From Candidatus Methanomethylicia archaeon (GTDB taxonomy: Archaea > Thermoproteota > Methanomethylicia > CALHIW01): 41,443 nucleotides of DNA. Both the position numbers and the translations under genes were made by a program. The DNA lies in NCBI GenBank assembly GCA_038845975.1, contig JAWBQF010000023.1:1-41443 (forward strand), written 5' to 3'. Below the pieces are notes generated by a model. It was not told the DNA's origin. It made no database searches and worked only from the letters and a program-made list of their open reading frames with translations. Shown here piece after piece: positions 1 through 10,613 of the stretch; the first letter of the stretch is position 1, and every line of letters begins with the position of its first letter.

Positions 1-507
1 TTAAAATACTCTTAGAAAGCTGAGAGAGAAAAGCCTAGCTTTAAATCATCTAAGAGCTTCTAAGAGCTTAAGTTCTACTATGACTTTCTGAGCCGAGGAA
101 ACAAAGAGCAAGAGATAAGCTAAATAATCAACAGCTCAATGAATACAGCAAGAGAAGAGCAAAACTAGAAAAGATAATTATTTCAATCCATACCCTATCC
201 GATAGCAACAACCAAATAAATTAAAAAAGGAGGGTGAAGACCTCCTGATCTTAAAATTTTAAAGTCAAGCCGTTTCAGTATATAGTGAATAATATACTAA
301 GGTTTTGCAATGAGTTCGATATCAGTCAAATAGGAATACCTTAACTTTAAGCTCATCAACCTCCTAAATATTTAACTATCCAATCTATTAATTGAGCTGG
401 AATATTCATAACATTAAATTACTAGCCCACTTCTTATCTGGACAGAACCTCTGCATTAAAGGAAAAGTTTAAATAAAAATTCATATATTTCATAATGGCT
501 GCAAAGA

Positions 508-945
508 TTGAAACTTTGCAGTTATAGGCGAGGGAAATGTTATATGGGCGTTTTGAATATGGATGGGAAGAATGAAAGGAAAGAAATAGAAGAATTTTCT
601 GGGTTATTATTTGTTTCATTAATGTTCATAGGGGCTGGGATAGGGCTTTTATTGGGCAGACCTGATGTAGGGGGAGCTATCGGAATGGGGGTAGGTTTTT
701 TATTAATGGGCATAGTAAGAATTAAAGTAAAAGAAGTAAAACCTTTAGAAGTAACTGTTTCAAAATATTTTGGAGTAACAATTCTTGTTTTAATTGGAGT
801 AAGCTTCATATTAGCAGGAATATTACTTTATACACGAATAGAAATGGTAAGAGAGATTTTATTACCATATCTTGGAGGAACTATAATAGTGGTTATAGGT
901 TTATTTTTTATTTTAAAAGCAATAACTTTATTTAAGTTTAAATAA
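508..945 (+). CDS. Hypothetical integral membrane protein (about 4 TM helices); true start probably ATG 544 or 559
   Basis: ORF with four hydrophobic Gly-rich stretches (FIGAGIGLLLG...GGAIGMGVGF). Confidence 0.75.
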   Translation: MKLCSYRRGKCYMGVLNMDGKNERKEIEEFSGLLFVSLMFIGAGIGLLLGRPDVGGAIGMGVGFLLMGIVRIKVKEVKPLEVTVSKYFGVTILVLIGVSFILAGILLYTRIEMVREILLPYLGGTIIVVIGLFFILKAITLFKFK

Positions 946-1021
946 ATGATTAAACATTAAATTAGTTGAGATACATTATATGGAAAATTCTCCTTAAGAG
1001 CTTGGTTTGTAATATTTATTA

Positions 1022-1410
1022 ATCTTGTTTTTCTCTTAATTCTTTTATATTCCTAGTATCTATGTATTCCATTGCTTGTTTTAAAGCTACTGAAAGTTTA
1101 TTGATAACGTTTTCTACACCACCCTTATATAGAATAAGTCCTTCAGGAGCATATTTTAGAAACCATTTATCTATCACTACTTTTAATTATAGAGTTTAAT
1201 CCCATTTCGTAATATAATTTATATTTCCTTCTAAACCATATTTTAAACCATTGATTATTTTGGTCGGTGTTTCATTGCATCCAGCAAATAAATTTCTGCA
1301 TATAGCGGTATCTGCTCCAAGAGCCAAAGCTTTAGCTATATCTTCACCACACTTTATTTCACCATCAGCTATTATTGGTATTCCATGTTTTGGCTTCAAC
1401 ATTTCCTCCA
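1022..1410 (-). pseudogene. guaB: IMP dehydrogenase (GuaB) C-terminal fragment, disrupted
   Basis: Minus strand reads GIPIIADGEIKCGEDIAKALALGAD..NLFAGCNETP and, after frameshift/stop, KYAPEGLILYKGGVENVINKL..AMEYIDTRNIKELRE; matches IMPDH motifs IIADGGI..D..KA.A.GA and PEG..YKG. Confidence 0.7.
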
Positions 1411-1862
1411 CTAAGAGACTGAGCGGTAACAATTTTAATCTTCTCTTTGAGAATATTTGTCTAACATATGGCTGAGCCTCATTTAATTCAGGAGCTTCTT
1501 CAATTGCTAAAATATGACTGTTAAGTCTTTGTTTTGCAGAAGTACTCCAAACCATGTATTGTTGACTTGTGAGCCATATAACATACTTCTCTGGAAAATA
1601 TGATAAGACCTTGTGTATCAAGTAACTCTTGCCAGAACTAGATTCTCCCATTAGTATGCTTGAGTGTTTTCGGCTTCCAAATCCTTAGAGGGAAACATCG
1701 AGAATGACAAGAGCTCGTTTTCATACTCGCTAACAATCTTCTTATCCATTACTTCCCTAATTCTGTATAGGCTTCCTATCCTTCAATAAACAACTTACTT
1801 CACCCTTAGTTTCTGGTAGTTCGATAGAATTGGCTTTAATCAACTTATCTATCTGCTTAGGC
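1411..1862 (-). pseudogene. Frameshifted P-loop ATPase fragment of the mobile-element/provirus primase-helicase-associated type
   Basis: Walker A GESSSGKS; upstream frames read LLKD..YRIREVMDKKIVSEYENELL; Walker B-like ILAIEE. Confidence 0.55.
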
Positions 1863-2168
1863 TTCGTTAAGAAAATGGTTAAACAAATGAAGAACATTGG
1901 GGAATCTGTTCAAAACTTCAATGGGTAATTAAAAGAGGTATCGGTTATTGCATGAGAGCTACTCAGAATTTCCATGCAAAATATATAGGGAGACAGTGTT
2001 TCAATATTCTGAAGGATTTCTTAATATGTATGAAAGAAGAAACAAGTAAAATGTCTTAAATTTGTTAACATTTTCCATTCTTAAAATGAAGTGGTTTTAA
2101 GGTGAGAAAGAGTAAAATTTCAAGTTGTGGGTAGTGTACGCTAAAATTGAAATATTTCGGTTTGTATT

Positions 2169-3136
2169 TTGATAATTGTGTCGGATGTGTTACTGTTTAA
2201 AAATTTAAGGGTATTTGTAGCTGGTGGGGCTGGATTTATAGGTCAACGTTTGGTTAAGGCTCTTCTTAGGAGGGAGTGTAAAGTTCGGGTTTTTGATGTT
2301 GAGATGAGGGAACTTAAACAAGTTAAAGATAGTCGTTTGGAGCTGGTTGTAGACGATATGCTTGACGAAAAGGTGTTTTGAGAGCAATGCATGGTGTTGA
2401 TGTGGTTTATCATCTTGCTTTGGCAGACTCGTTCGATGATTTTAAAGCGCTTATTGCTAATCTTGAAGGGGCAAACAATCTCTTGGTGGCTGCGTTAAAT
2501 GTGAAAGTTAAGCATTTCTTGTTTGCAAGTAGTGGTGCTGTTTATGGAGGGGTTAGGCGTCCAGTAATCGATGAAGATCATCCATTATATCCTGAGGAAA
2601 GCATGATTAGAGGGAAATGGTATCCAATAACGAAACTTGCAACTGAGAAGTTATGTATGCATTATTACCATCAGCATGGCTTACCAGTAACAGCATTAAG
2701 GCTTGGAGCTGTTTATTTTAACGTTAAATGGATTGCTGAGCCATATGTTTCTAAAGCTCTAAAGGAGGAGGAAATTGTGGTTTTAGAGAATGAGTGGGAG
2801 GAATACATACACGTAGATGATGTAGCTGAAGCTCTCCTGCTGGCAACACTTAACGAGAAAGCCTACGGGGAAATATTCAATATTACTAATCCATATCTTT
2901 CAATAAGCGAGAAGGAATTGGTGGAAACAATTGTTAAAACGTTGAACTCGAAAAGTAAAATTGAAGTTGTTGAAGGTTTGCCTTTCAAAGCCGAAACCAG
3001 CATCGCTAAAGCCGAGAAATTACTTAAGTTTAAACCTAAAAAGGGTAAAAAACACTTTATGAAGCTATTAAAAGAATATCTAGAAGCTATTATAGGGAAG
3101 AATGATGCGGGAAAAAGAGGTTTATGGAAAACTTAA
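2169..3136 (+). pseudogene. NAD-dependent epimerase/dehydratase (extended SDR) split by a single frameshift at ~2376-2381
   Basis: ORF 2169-2381 has Rossmann GGAGFIG; overlapping ORF 2378-3136 has VYHLA, ASSGAVYG, YxxxK (YPITK), YIHVDDVA. Confidence 0.8.
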
Positions 3137-3145
3137 GTTGGATGT

Positions 3146-3385
3146 ATGTACTATTCTGAATCCTTCGAGAAAGATGTTGACGTAAATATTTACATTTATT
3201 TAAAGGGCTATGCAGGGGTAAGACACTTATTATATCCTATACGGAAAGATACTGTTTTCCTCACTAAATTCATGCATTTCTATCTTGGAAGAGTTAGATT
3301 CTGGATTAATATTGGATATTGTATCTACTATTTTGGAGAATCAGAATTTCTTAAAGATATTGTTTGGATAAAAATACATGGATAG
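3146..3385 (+). CDS. Hypothetical protein or gene fragment
   Basis: 79-aa ORF directly after the epimerase; no recognisable motif. Confidence 0.3.
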   Translation: MYYSESFEKDVDVNIYIYLKGYAGVRHLLYPIRKDTVFLTKFMHFYLGRVRFWINIGYCIYYFGESEFLKDIVWIKIHG

Positions 3386-3923
3386 GGAACTGTATCTGGA
3401 CATTGCTTCGACGGCTTATTCTAATATAACCTTTAGGCTTTCTCTAAACTATTCTATTACAGTATATGAAGTCTTCCTCCATCATTATCCTATTTATATC
3501 TGTGACAACAGGTAAGGATTACCATTTATTCTAACATTCTGGGTAGCAAAACAAACAACTTACCCCGGTACTAAAACACTTTGAAACTCCTTAGTAGTAG
3601 CCCTTCATTAAATCTAAAATCCATCATAATCTTTAAACAAGCTTAGATAATCGAAAAGTCATTAAAACATGTGGCGACGTAACCATCAAGTAGAAAAGTC
3701 GCCTTAATAAACCTTTCTCCATATATTGTATTGACATTGATTCCAGCAGTATCGATTGTCTTTATAGATGTAGTTTTAAAATTCCGGCTCTACCAAATCT
3801 TCCATGCTTTCTCTACGTAACTCTGAAGTTTTCTCAAGTTCTCTTTCTTTTGGATTAGCCTTAAGCTTAGATATTAGATACTCAGTTTTTATTTTCCAAC
3901 ATATTTTCAAATGAATTCAATAT

Positions 3924-4862
3924 TTATGTTGGTTTCAATCCAAATTTCCTTTCAAGCCATTCGAATTTTCCTTTAAAATCGTAGAATTCTTTAATGTTTT
4001 TGATATTTAGAAGAGTTACTTTGTCTTTAAGCTCGTGGAGTTCGCCGAGAAATTTCGATTGGGCTTCTTTAAGTTGATCTTCTGTTGAAACTAGGAATAT
4101 CTGGGACTCCCATAGGTCGTAGGCGTGTTTAAGTCTTAGTAGAGCTGCCTCTAGGCTTCCCCTTAAATGGACTTCAAATACATATTTTGGGCCGATTCTA
4201 GGAGGCTTATGCCATACTACATCAAACTCATATCTTTCATGCCTCCACCTCTTCTCAGGCTTATACCCTATGAGTTCGCCGAGCGCATAGATAGCGTCAA
4301 CTATTTCATCGTGCTGAAGTAACTCTAAGGGTTTGGATGGGGGCTTAATAGGAGGCTTAAGGTAAATTTGCTGCAAATACTCCATAATACTTTGAGCTTT
4401 CTCCTTTCGTATCTTCATAAATCCCGCTACAGCCTTCAAATTATATCCTGTTAACTCATTGAGTTTAGATAGGGGAAGATCTATTTCTCTTACATCTTCC
4501 AGGAAAAAGAGGTAGGGCCATGTTTTACCGTCAACGTCTCTTCCCCAAATGCTTTCCGCTAAGTAACTGCCAGCTTCTACTTGCTTACTTTCCTCAGTAA
4601 ACGGATATTTAAAGGACACTCTAGCGGCATAAATGAACTTTCCTGCATGGTAAAATAATATGTAATCCTCATTATCGATGGAAGTCCAGCGATCACGAAG
4701 AGACTCCTTCAACGCCCATAGCTTGATAGGACCTGCACCATAAAATTTAAGAATCCTCTCCTTAAGTGAAGAATCTTTAATATTCAATTCGTTAACATTT
4801 ACACCATCCGCAATGCTTCTTTTAATATTCTTAAATAAACCTGGAGCAAGAAACACCTTCAT
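3924..4862 (-). CDS. PUA/EVE-like domain fused to a PD-(D/E)xK-type nuclease domain; candidate modification-dependent restriction endonuclease
   Basis: N-half LWAL..W..I...DYILFY..GKFIYAARV..IWG..WPYLFFL; Pro-rich linker; C-half HDEI..LGELIG..EK..FDVVW..VFEVH..L.RL. Confidence 0.65.
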   Translation of the reverse strand: MKVFLAPGLFKNIKRSIADGVNVNELNIKDSSLKERILKFYGAGPIKLWALKESLRDRWTSIDNEDYILFYHAGKFIYAARVSFKYPFTEESKQVEAGSYLAESIWGRDVDGKTWPYLFFLEDVREIDLPLSKLNELTGYNLKAVAGFMKIRKEKAQSIMEYLQQIYLKPPIKPPSKPLELLQHDEIVDAIYALGELIGYKPEKRWRHERYEFDVVWHKPPRIGPKYVFEVHLRGSLEAALLRLKHAYDLWESQIFLVSTEDQLKEAQSKFLGELHELKDKVTLLNIKNIKEFYDFKGKFEWLERKFGLKPT

Positions 4863-4954
4863 TCCAATTACCTAACTAATAATAACAATTTAGGTTATTA
4901 AATTTAAGTTGTTAAATCCCTTAAAAATAATTAGGAATCGATAAGGGAGACAAA

Positions 4955-5330
4955 ATGTCTTTACTTAAGAAGGTTTGTTGATAGCTACATGCAGAAGGTT
5001 TCCGGGTTAAAGAAGTATTGTGATAGACGTCTTAGAACAGAGGAATGGAAGTATTGTTTTAATGGTTGTTGATGTAGCCTTCACTTCAATAGGTTTAAAC
5101 TACTTTACAGTTGTAGTTCTGAAGGTTGGGGAGTTTAGTAAGAAGTTTGTTGAAAGTGGAGAAATTAAGAATCTTAAAGAGATTGTTAAAGCAGATATTA
5201 ATAATTTAAGAAAGGTATAGAGAGATAAGGGTCATGGATTATTACTAGCAAATCGCTTCCTACTTATCAACTTTAAGTGAAGATGATGCTTCTCCTATTG
5301 ACTCTGATACGTCTTGGAGCTGATTGCTAA
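4955..5330 (+). pseudogene. Disrupted conserved archaeal hypothetical gene
   Basis: ATG with SD-like AAGGGAG at ~4943-4955, early stops, then residual frame VVDVAFTSIGLNYFTVVV. Confidence 0.4.
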
Positions 5331-5522
5331 CGTAAAAGACTGGAGTAAATATAATGCTATAACACATAAATACATTATCACTAATTCTATTGGTCTTAGT
5401 TCTATGAGGAGCTTCATAATTCTACTCATCATCATTAAGCCTATGGAGTTTTATGAAAAGCTTAGAGAAAGGCTTAAATAATTTTACAATAAGTTCTATG
5501 AAGGAATGAGTTAGGAGATATT

Positions 5523-6263
5523 GTGTGGAATATTAATAGATTATCAGTACATCATGGGGGAAGCTTAAAAATGTTTCACTACCATGTTTTAACCCTCAGT
5601 ATTTTACCTTTACTGCTTAACATTCTAGCTACTCCTATGGTAGTGATTTCTATTGTTTCCTTACCGAAATTTCTTGAAAGTCCTACTTACTACATCTATA
5701 CTTATGGTTTTGCTCTATGGTCTATTTACCATGTTTTCCTCATGGGGTTAGTATTTAAATTCTTAAAAACTGAGGGGGAGAGCATTAGAGGAATAGTAGG
5801 GCCTCTAGGAAATAGGCTTTGGCTTACAATTATTTTGGTTAGTGTATTGCTTTGTCTATCTATTATAATGTTTCAAATGGTGGAGCCCTACATGACTGAC
5901 TTGGTTTATGGTGTAAACACGTGGAAGCAGTTTTTAAGTGAGTATAAGAGGATTCCATGGTTTATAGTTGTTTACGGCATAGCTGTAACATCCCTAACAG
6001 CTGGATTCTGCGAGGAAATTGTGTGGAGAGGCTACCTCCAGACAAGATTTAAACGTTTACTGCATGGTAAAGTTTTAACTGCTATACTGCTTCAAGCAGT
6101 ACTATTCGGCTTCTGGCATAGTATATCAATTCACACATTCTTCACAGCAATTTTCGGCTTTATATATGGCATAGTTTATGCTAAAACAAGAAGACTTATA
6201 CCATTGATGGTGAGTCACTGGCTTAGTGACGTTGTAGGTTTCTTATTCATGTACTTCATGTAG
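5523..6263 (+). CDS. CPBP (CAAX/Abi) family intramembrane glutamic protease; start may be ATG 5571
   Basis: Motifs EEIVWRG, FGFWH, HWLSD; multiple TM helices. Confidence 0.9.
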   Translation: MWNINRLSVHHGGSLKMFHYHVLTLSILPLLLNILATPMVVISIVSLPKFLESPTYYIYTYGFALWSIYHVFLMGLVFKFLKTEGESIRGIVGPLGNRLWLTIILVSVLLCLSIIMFQMVEPYMTDLVYGVNTWKQFLSEYKRIPWFIVVYGIAVTSLTAGFCEEIVWRGYLQTRFKRLLHGKVLTAILLQAVLFGFWHSISIHTFFTAIFGFIYGIVYAKTRRLIPLMVSHWLSDVVGFLFMYFM

Positions 6264-7226
6264 TTCAATTGTTAGAAAATTGCGGAGTTTATAGTAGGAA
6301 GACTTGTATAGCTTGCTTTTCATTCCAACAAAGTTTAAACGGACATTGATACTTTTGAAATCCCGCTTTTGCTTCTTTTTTACCTTCACTTTCTCAACTT
6401 CCCTTTCCATATCTCTGTTCATATGCCCATATTAACCATTTGTAATAATTATCGTAATATTCTTCACTTATTCTCTTCATGCATTGATTCTCCAATCGTA
6501 AAGAGCAAATTCTAAATAGAGATATAAGAGCAGAAGAGACTATGGCTAAACCTTCAATAAACCGTGAGAGCATATCTATTATCCCTTTTCCTAGAAAGGA
6601 AATAAAAACTGTAGTAACGCCCTCCTCCGAAATCCCTAAGCTTCTTGGGCAATCTAAAAGGTTGAAATTGCTTGAATTTAACTTCATGTAATCATATACA
6701 GCCCTATTTTCTCTTCTATCAACTCATAGTTACTTCTATAGAAAATGAGTTCGCTTCTTGGAAGGATCCTTTAAGCGCGCTATAAGTGGTTTGGAAAACT
6801 GAGTAGCCAACATATGTAACCATTATTTTCTTGCTGAGATTACAAATTATATGCTTAACCAAAGTTGTCTTTTTTGAATCACAAGGCCTACAGATAAAAG
6901 TATTTATGAAGTTTTGAGGTTATTTATTTGACAAGACATGTATTATTGTAGTTAAAATATTTTGAAATAGTTAACCTTAAATTAACCAGTTTTACAATGA
7001 ATTCTTGAATGAAATACCCATATTCTAGATGTGTCTTACAACTACCATAGAACATGTGGTTTAATACCGCTAAACCCTAACCTACTTAGCTTTTTATTAC
7101 GCTTAAACATGAAGAAATTAGTTATCTTCATATAAAAACGAATACAAGCATATTAATAAAGCCTGTTCAAGCACTATCTAACTCATAGATTTATAAGTTA
7201 GGAGTAGAACTATCTTTTGTGCTTCT

Positions 7227-7793
7227 ATGTCCTTACATGCCATATCTAAAACCATAGCTGTAATAATTGTAGCAATAATTATTATAGCTATAATTGCAGC
7301 TATAGCAACTATTATGGCGCCGCCTACAGCATCACCTCCCCTTACATCTACTACTTCTACATTTCCAATCTCCCCATTTTCCACGTCTACTACGCCTATT
7401 ACAACCCATATAGAGCCTGAATTAGAGATGGAATATTTAGGTAGGAAGATAAATACAACTGGATGGATACCTCTAAAACCATCTCCTATGAGTGCTAGTA
7501 TGAGTATTTCAAAGGATAGTTTTAATGTAAAGCCCGGAGATAAGGTAGGGGTGGGAATCTATGCTTGGATTTTCCAACCTATTAAGGAGGAACCTAAAAA
7601 GTTTATTTTTGAAGTATATAAGGAATCTAGTAAAATAGGAGAGTTTAATTTTACAGTAGAGCATGAAGGAAGTTATTATGAGGGAGTATTTAGATTAACG
7701 GTAAAAGCACCATTAGTGGAGGGGGAATATAGTTATAGTATAGTTTGGATGGGTTTAAAGATGGACTTTAAGGTAGTGGTTAAAAAGTCTTAG
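7227..7793 (+). CDS. Membrane-anchored/surface protein with Ser/Thr/Pro-rich linker and beta-rich domain
   Basis: N-terminal AISKTIAVIIVAIIIIAIIAA anchor typical of TACK surface proteins; TSTTSTFPISP linker. Confidence 0.8.
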   Translation: MSLHAISKTIAVIIVAIIIIAIIAAIATIMAPPTASPPLTSTTSTFPISPFSTSTTPITTHIEPELEMEYLGRKINTTGWIPLKPSPMSASMSISKDSFNVKPGDKVGVGIYAWIFQPIKEEPKKFIFEVYKESSKIGEFNFTVEHEGSYYEGVFRLTVKAPLVEGEYSYSIVWMGLKMDFKVVVKKS

Positions 7794-8429
7794 TTCCAGT
7801 TAAGTTAAATATTTGACTTGGATTAAAGAGTTAAACTATAAGGATGGAATATATTTATTGGAGTAATAGGATTGTAAATACGAGTGTGTTAATATCCTAA
7901 ACTATTTCATTAAGTAATTCGTAGCCATAGATTTCCCGAAGTCTAACCTGCCATACGACGACTATATATAAGAATTAAGCGATGTAATTTTCATAGTTGT
8001 CAATCATGAAAGTAGTATTCTTCTTGGATTAGCATCTAATAGTTGAGTATTTCTAGTTATGGTTTCTTCTCGAATTATCAAATGTTCATCTGATGATGAA
8101 GTGAATATGATGATGACTTTCCAGCAAGAATGGCTGCAGTTAGATAGGTAGGGAGATAACTGCTTCTATGAATGGCGTTGTTTGGTAACCTATTAGAGTC
8201 ATGCTAATAATGGATGCTGTTTCTACATGTATAGGATAAACTATAATTACAGTTCAAGCAGCTTTTAGATTCCATAACTGTCTTGCTGAGGCTTGAAATG
8301 CTTCCATGAAGAAGAGTAGACTGAGCAGAAGAATATTGTATTTGTAGGTTTAAATGATATTTTAGCTATAGGCTGATTGTATATGATTTATGGATATTCT
8401 ATGGTGAGATTTAAGAATGGTGATGATAT

Positions 8430-9401
8430 TTAAAGCTTAATGTTTTTAATAACTATTCTCAGTATAGGGTCAGGTATGTAATAGTAGCCGTTATCCTCGG
8501 AGATAAGCATGGCGCTCCTTAAACTTCTCAGCATATCCCATAGGATCTTACTATTCACCATAAGCTCGCTTTTCAACTCACTCCATCTAGCCCCTATGCT
8601 TAAAATTCTTAGGATTCTAATATAAGCTTCTCTTCTCTTGCCTTTAAGGAAGTTATTAAGTTCTTCCCTAAATATTTTAACCCCCTCATCAATAACGGAT
8701 TTTAGGGATATATCAATATCAAGCTTTCTTACACATCTAAAGTTCCCATAGTATGCTAGCCATCCAGGATATCCATTTAGATTTTTAACCACTCTTTCTA
8801 CTTCCTCTAAATCTACATCAATGTTAAATTCACTAAATCCTCTAATGAGGAAATCCATTGATTCTTTCTCTCCAAATGGTTTAAGATTAAGGATAGCTGG
8901 TTTCCTACCGTAGAGTGGAGATGATGGTGAAGGATTTAAAAGCTTATTAATTAAACCGACCATGGAGCCGGTGAATATGATTCTTAAATTAGGGTAGGTA
9001 TCCCATATTCTCTTTAGTAATCTAAGAAAATGTATTGAAGAAACATATTGAACCTCATCCAGCACAATAATCTTATCCTTTAATCTTGAAAACACATCTT
9101 CACCAAGCCTACTCCACTTGAACTGTAGAAGCTTTAAATCTAGGCCTAGATCCTTAAGCGCATAGCCTGACTGTGAAGCTATTGAGAGTATGAGGTCTTT
9201 AAATTCTCTTACACCACTTAGATTCACATAAACCCCATCATGTTCCTTAACAAATGTTTTAACTAAGCTTGTTTTCCCAACCATTCTCCTACCCAGCACT
9301 ATAACCCATTCACTTCTCACTAACCTTTCTAGCTCTTTGTACTCCTCATTTCTGCCGAAAAGCTCCTTCTTATTCTCTTTGGGGTGGAGGTCAAAGAGCA
9401 T
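8430..9401 (-). CDS. Archaeal ATPase (AAA-like, 'ATPase_2' type) with C-terminal winged helix
   Basis: MLFDLHPK..LFGR, Walker A GRRMVGKTS, Walker B IIVLDEVQ, FTGS, GYPGWL, C-terminal RWSELK..YYIPDP. Confidence 0.9.
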   Translation of the reverse strand: MLFDLHPKENKKELFGRNEEYKELERLVRSEWVIVLGRRMVGKTSLVKTFVKEHDGVYVNLSGVREFKDLILSIASQSGYALKDLGLDLKLLQFKWSRLGEDVFSRLKDKIIVLDEVQYVSSIHFLRLLKRIWDTYPNLRIIFTGSMVGLINKLLNPSPSSPLYGRKPAILNLKPFGEKESMDFLIRGFSEFNIDVDLEEVERVVKNLNGYPGWLAYYGNFRCVRKLDIDISLKSVIDEGVKIFREELNNFLKGKRREAYIRILRILSIGARWSELKSELMVNSKILWDMLRSLRSAMLISEDNGYYYIPDPILRIVIKNIKL

Positions 9402-9434
9402 AGTTACCTATGTAACTAGTTACATAGGTAACTA
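9401..9434. promoter_or_regulatory. Perfect 34-bp palindrome made of two overlapping GTTAC-N4-GTAAC sites at the ATPase start; putative operator
   Basis: TAGTTACCTATGTAACTAGTTACATAGGTAACTA equals its own reverse complement; lies between an AT-rich TATA-like stretch (~9434-9445, minus strand) and the ATG. Confidence 0.75.
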
Positions 9435-9712
9435 ATAAATTTTAATACCGAATTTATTATAAACTCTTAAGATATTATGAAGAAGACATTACTGTCTCCT
9501 TCATGCAAAATACTTTCCTATAGATACACTAGTCAACTGGTTAGCCAAGCAAATAAAGGAGAATGGAAGAGGGGTAGAGGTTGTATAGAAAAACTAGTTA
9601 GAAGAGGATACGTCTTACTTCATAAGAGAGTGAAGCTATATTCTTGAATTCAGTAAAAAGTAAAGAAATCATAGAATATATTGAATCAGTTTTGGAATAG
9701 GAATTATCGTTT

Positions 9713-9783
9713 TATTAATCCAGCATTCAATACTCTTTCAGCAGCATATTCCTATTCATTAACTATTATTTCAAGATGTTTAG
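9713..9783 (-). repeat. 71-bp displaced copy of an internal hisD segment (17368-17438)
   Basis: Manual ungapped alignment, 64/71 identical. Confidence 0.85.
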
Positions 9784-10004
9784 TTTGGAATATTCTTAAC
9801 AGTTTATCAGCAATTACATCTAGTAGTAGTGATGTTGATTCTGATAAAGTCTATTTAATAGGAACTTTAGTTGATGCAGGATTTTTAATAACTTCAAAGC
9901 CAGCCTTTAATATGCTTATGTTTTCATAATATTTGTAGATTTAAGCTATAAATAATCTAATTTTCATTATGTAAAGAGGTGCCTTAAAATTATGTATGGT
10001 GTGG

Positions 10005-10268
10005 TTAAATGTCTCCATGTTCCTTTATTTTAGAGTCCTCATATGGGCTTATCCATCTCCTATAAAATTCTTGCTGGATACATGTTAGTAAGCCCATAAT
10101 CCTTTCATAGTTGAAGTATGAGGGCTTATAGAGGTGTTTTAAGGTTTTAGTGAATAGGTAGTTTAGCTGCCCATCCTTATCTTTGTCTTCAACTTTTTCA
10201 AAGTGGTTTATGATTTGCTCCACTATCTTATCTAAGTCTGCTCTTTTCTCTGGTTTGATGTATGGCAT
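10005..10268 (-). CDS. Small conserved protein, DUF6899-like family (often virus-associated)
   Basis: MPYIK..R..GQLNY...EFYRR...PYEDSKIKEHGDI signature; SD GAGGTGA upstream. Confidence 0.75.
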   Translation of the reverse strand: MPYIKPEKRADLDKIVEQIINHFEKVEDKDKDGQLNYLFTKTLKHLYKPSYFNYERIMGLLTCIQQEFYRRWISPYEDSKIKEHGDI

Positions 10269-10613
10269 TCTATTTCACCTCTTAAATTAACATATTAATC
10301 TATTTATTAAAGTCTTTAAATCTTTTAGCTTTTACTCTATTTCATAATGTGGAATATTATGTAAGCTTCTAGAACATGAATGCTAGCTATATAAGATTTG
10401 AAGTTTAAGTTCTAACTACAAGATAGATTACTGATAAGCTCAGATACTGTATCATATTATACTGGTAGTAATGAGAGTAAAAATGTAAGTTTTATAGTGA
10501 TAATATATCAAATATAGAGTTTTCTTCAGAACTGAATTACTGTGAAAGCTATTAACAGTTAGCGATGCAATTTGCTTTTAGAATTGAGAATTAGAGGATG
10601 ATGATTAATTAAT

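Noticed and set aside
1-272. Possible 3' end of another transposase/IS (fragment LKFYYDFL, purine-rich strand)
   Set aside because: Truncated by the window edge; no partner TIR or second copy visible
3400-3900. Minus-strand pseudogene with FLLDG, vaguely NurA-like
   Set aside because: Too fragmented to assign
8090-8150. Two ATGATGA C-box motifs
   Set aside because: No CTGA D box at the proper spacing
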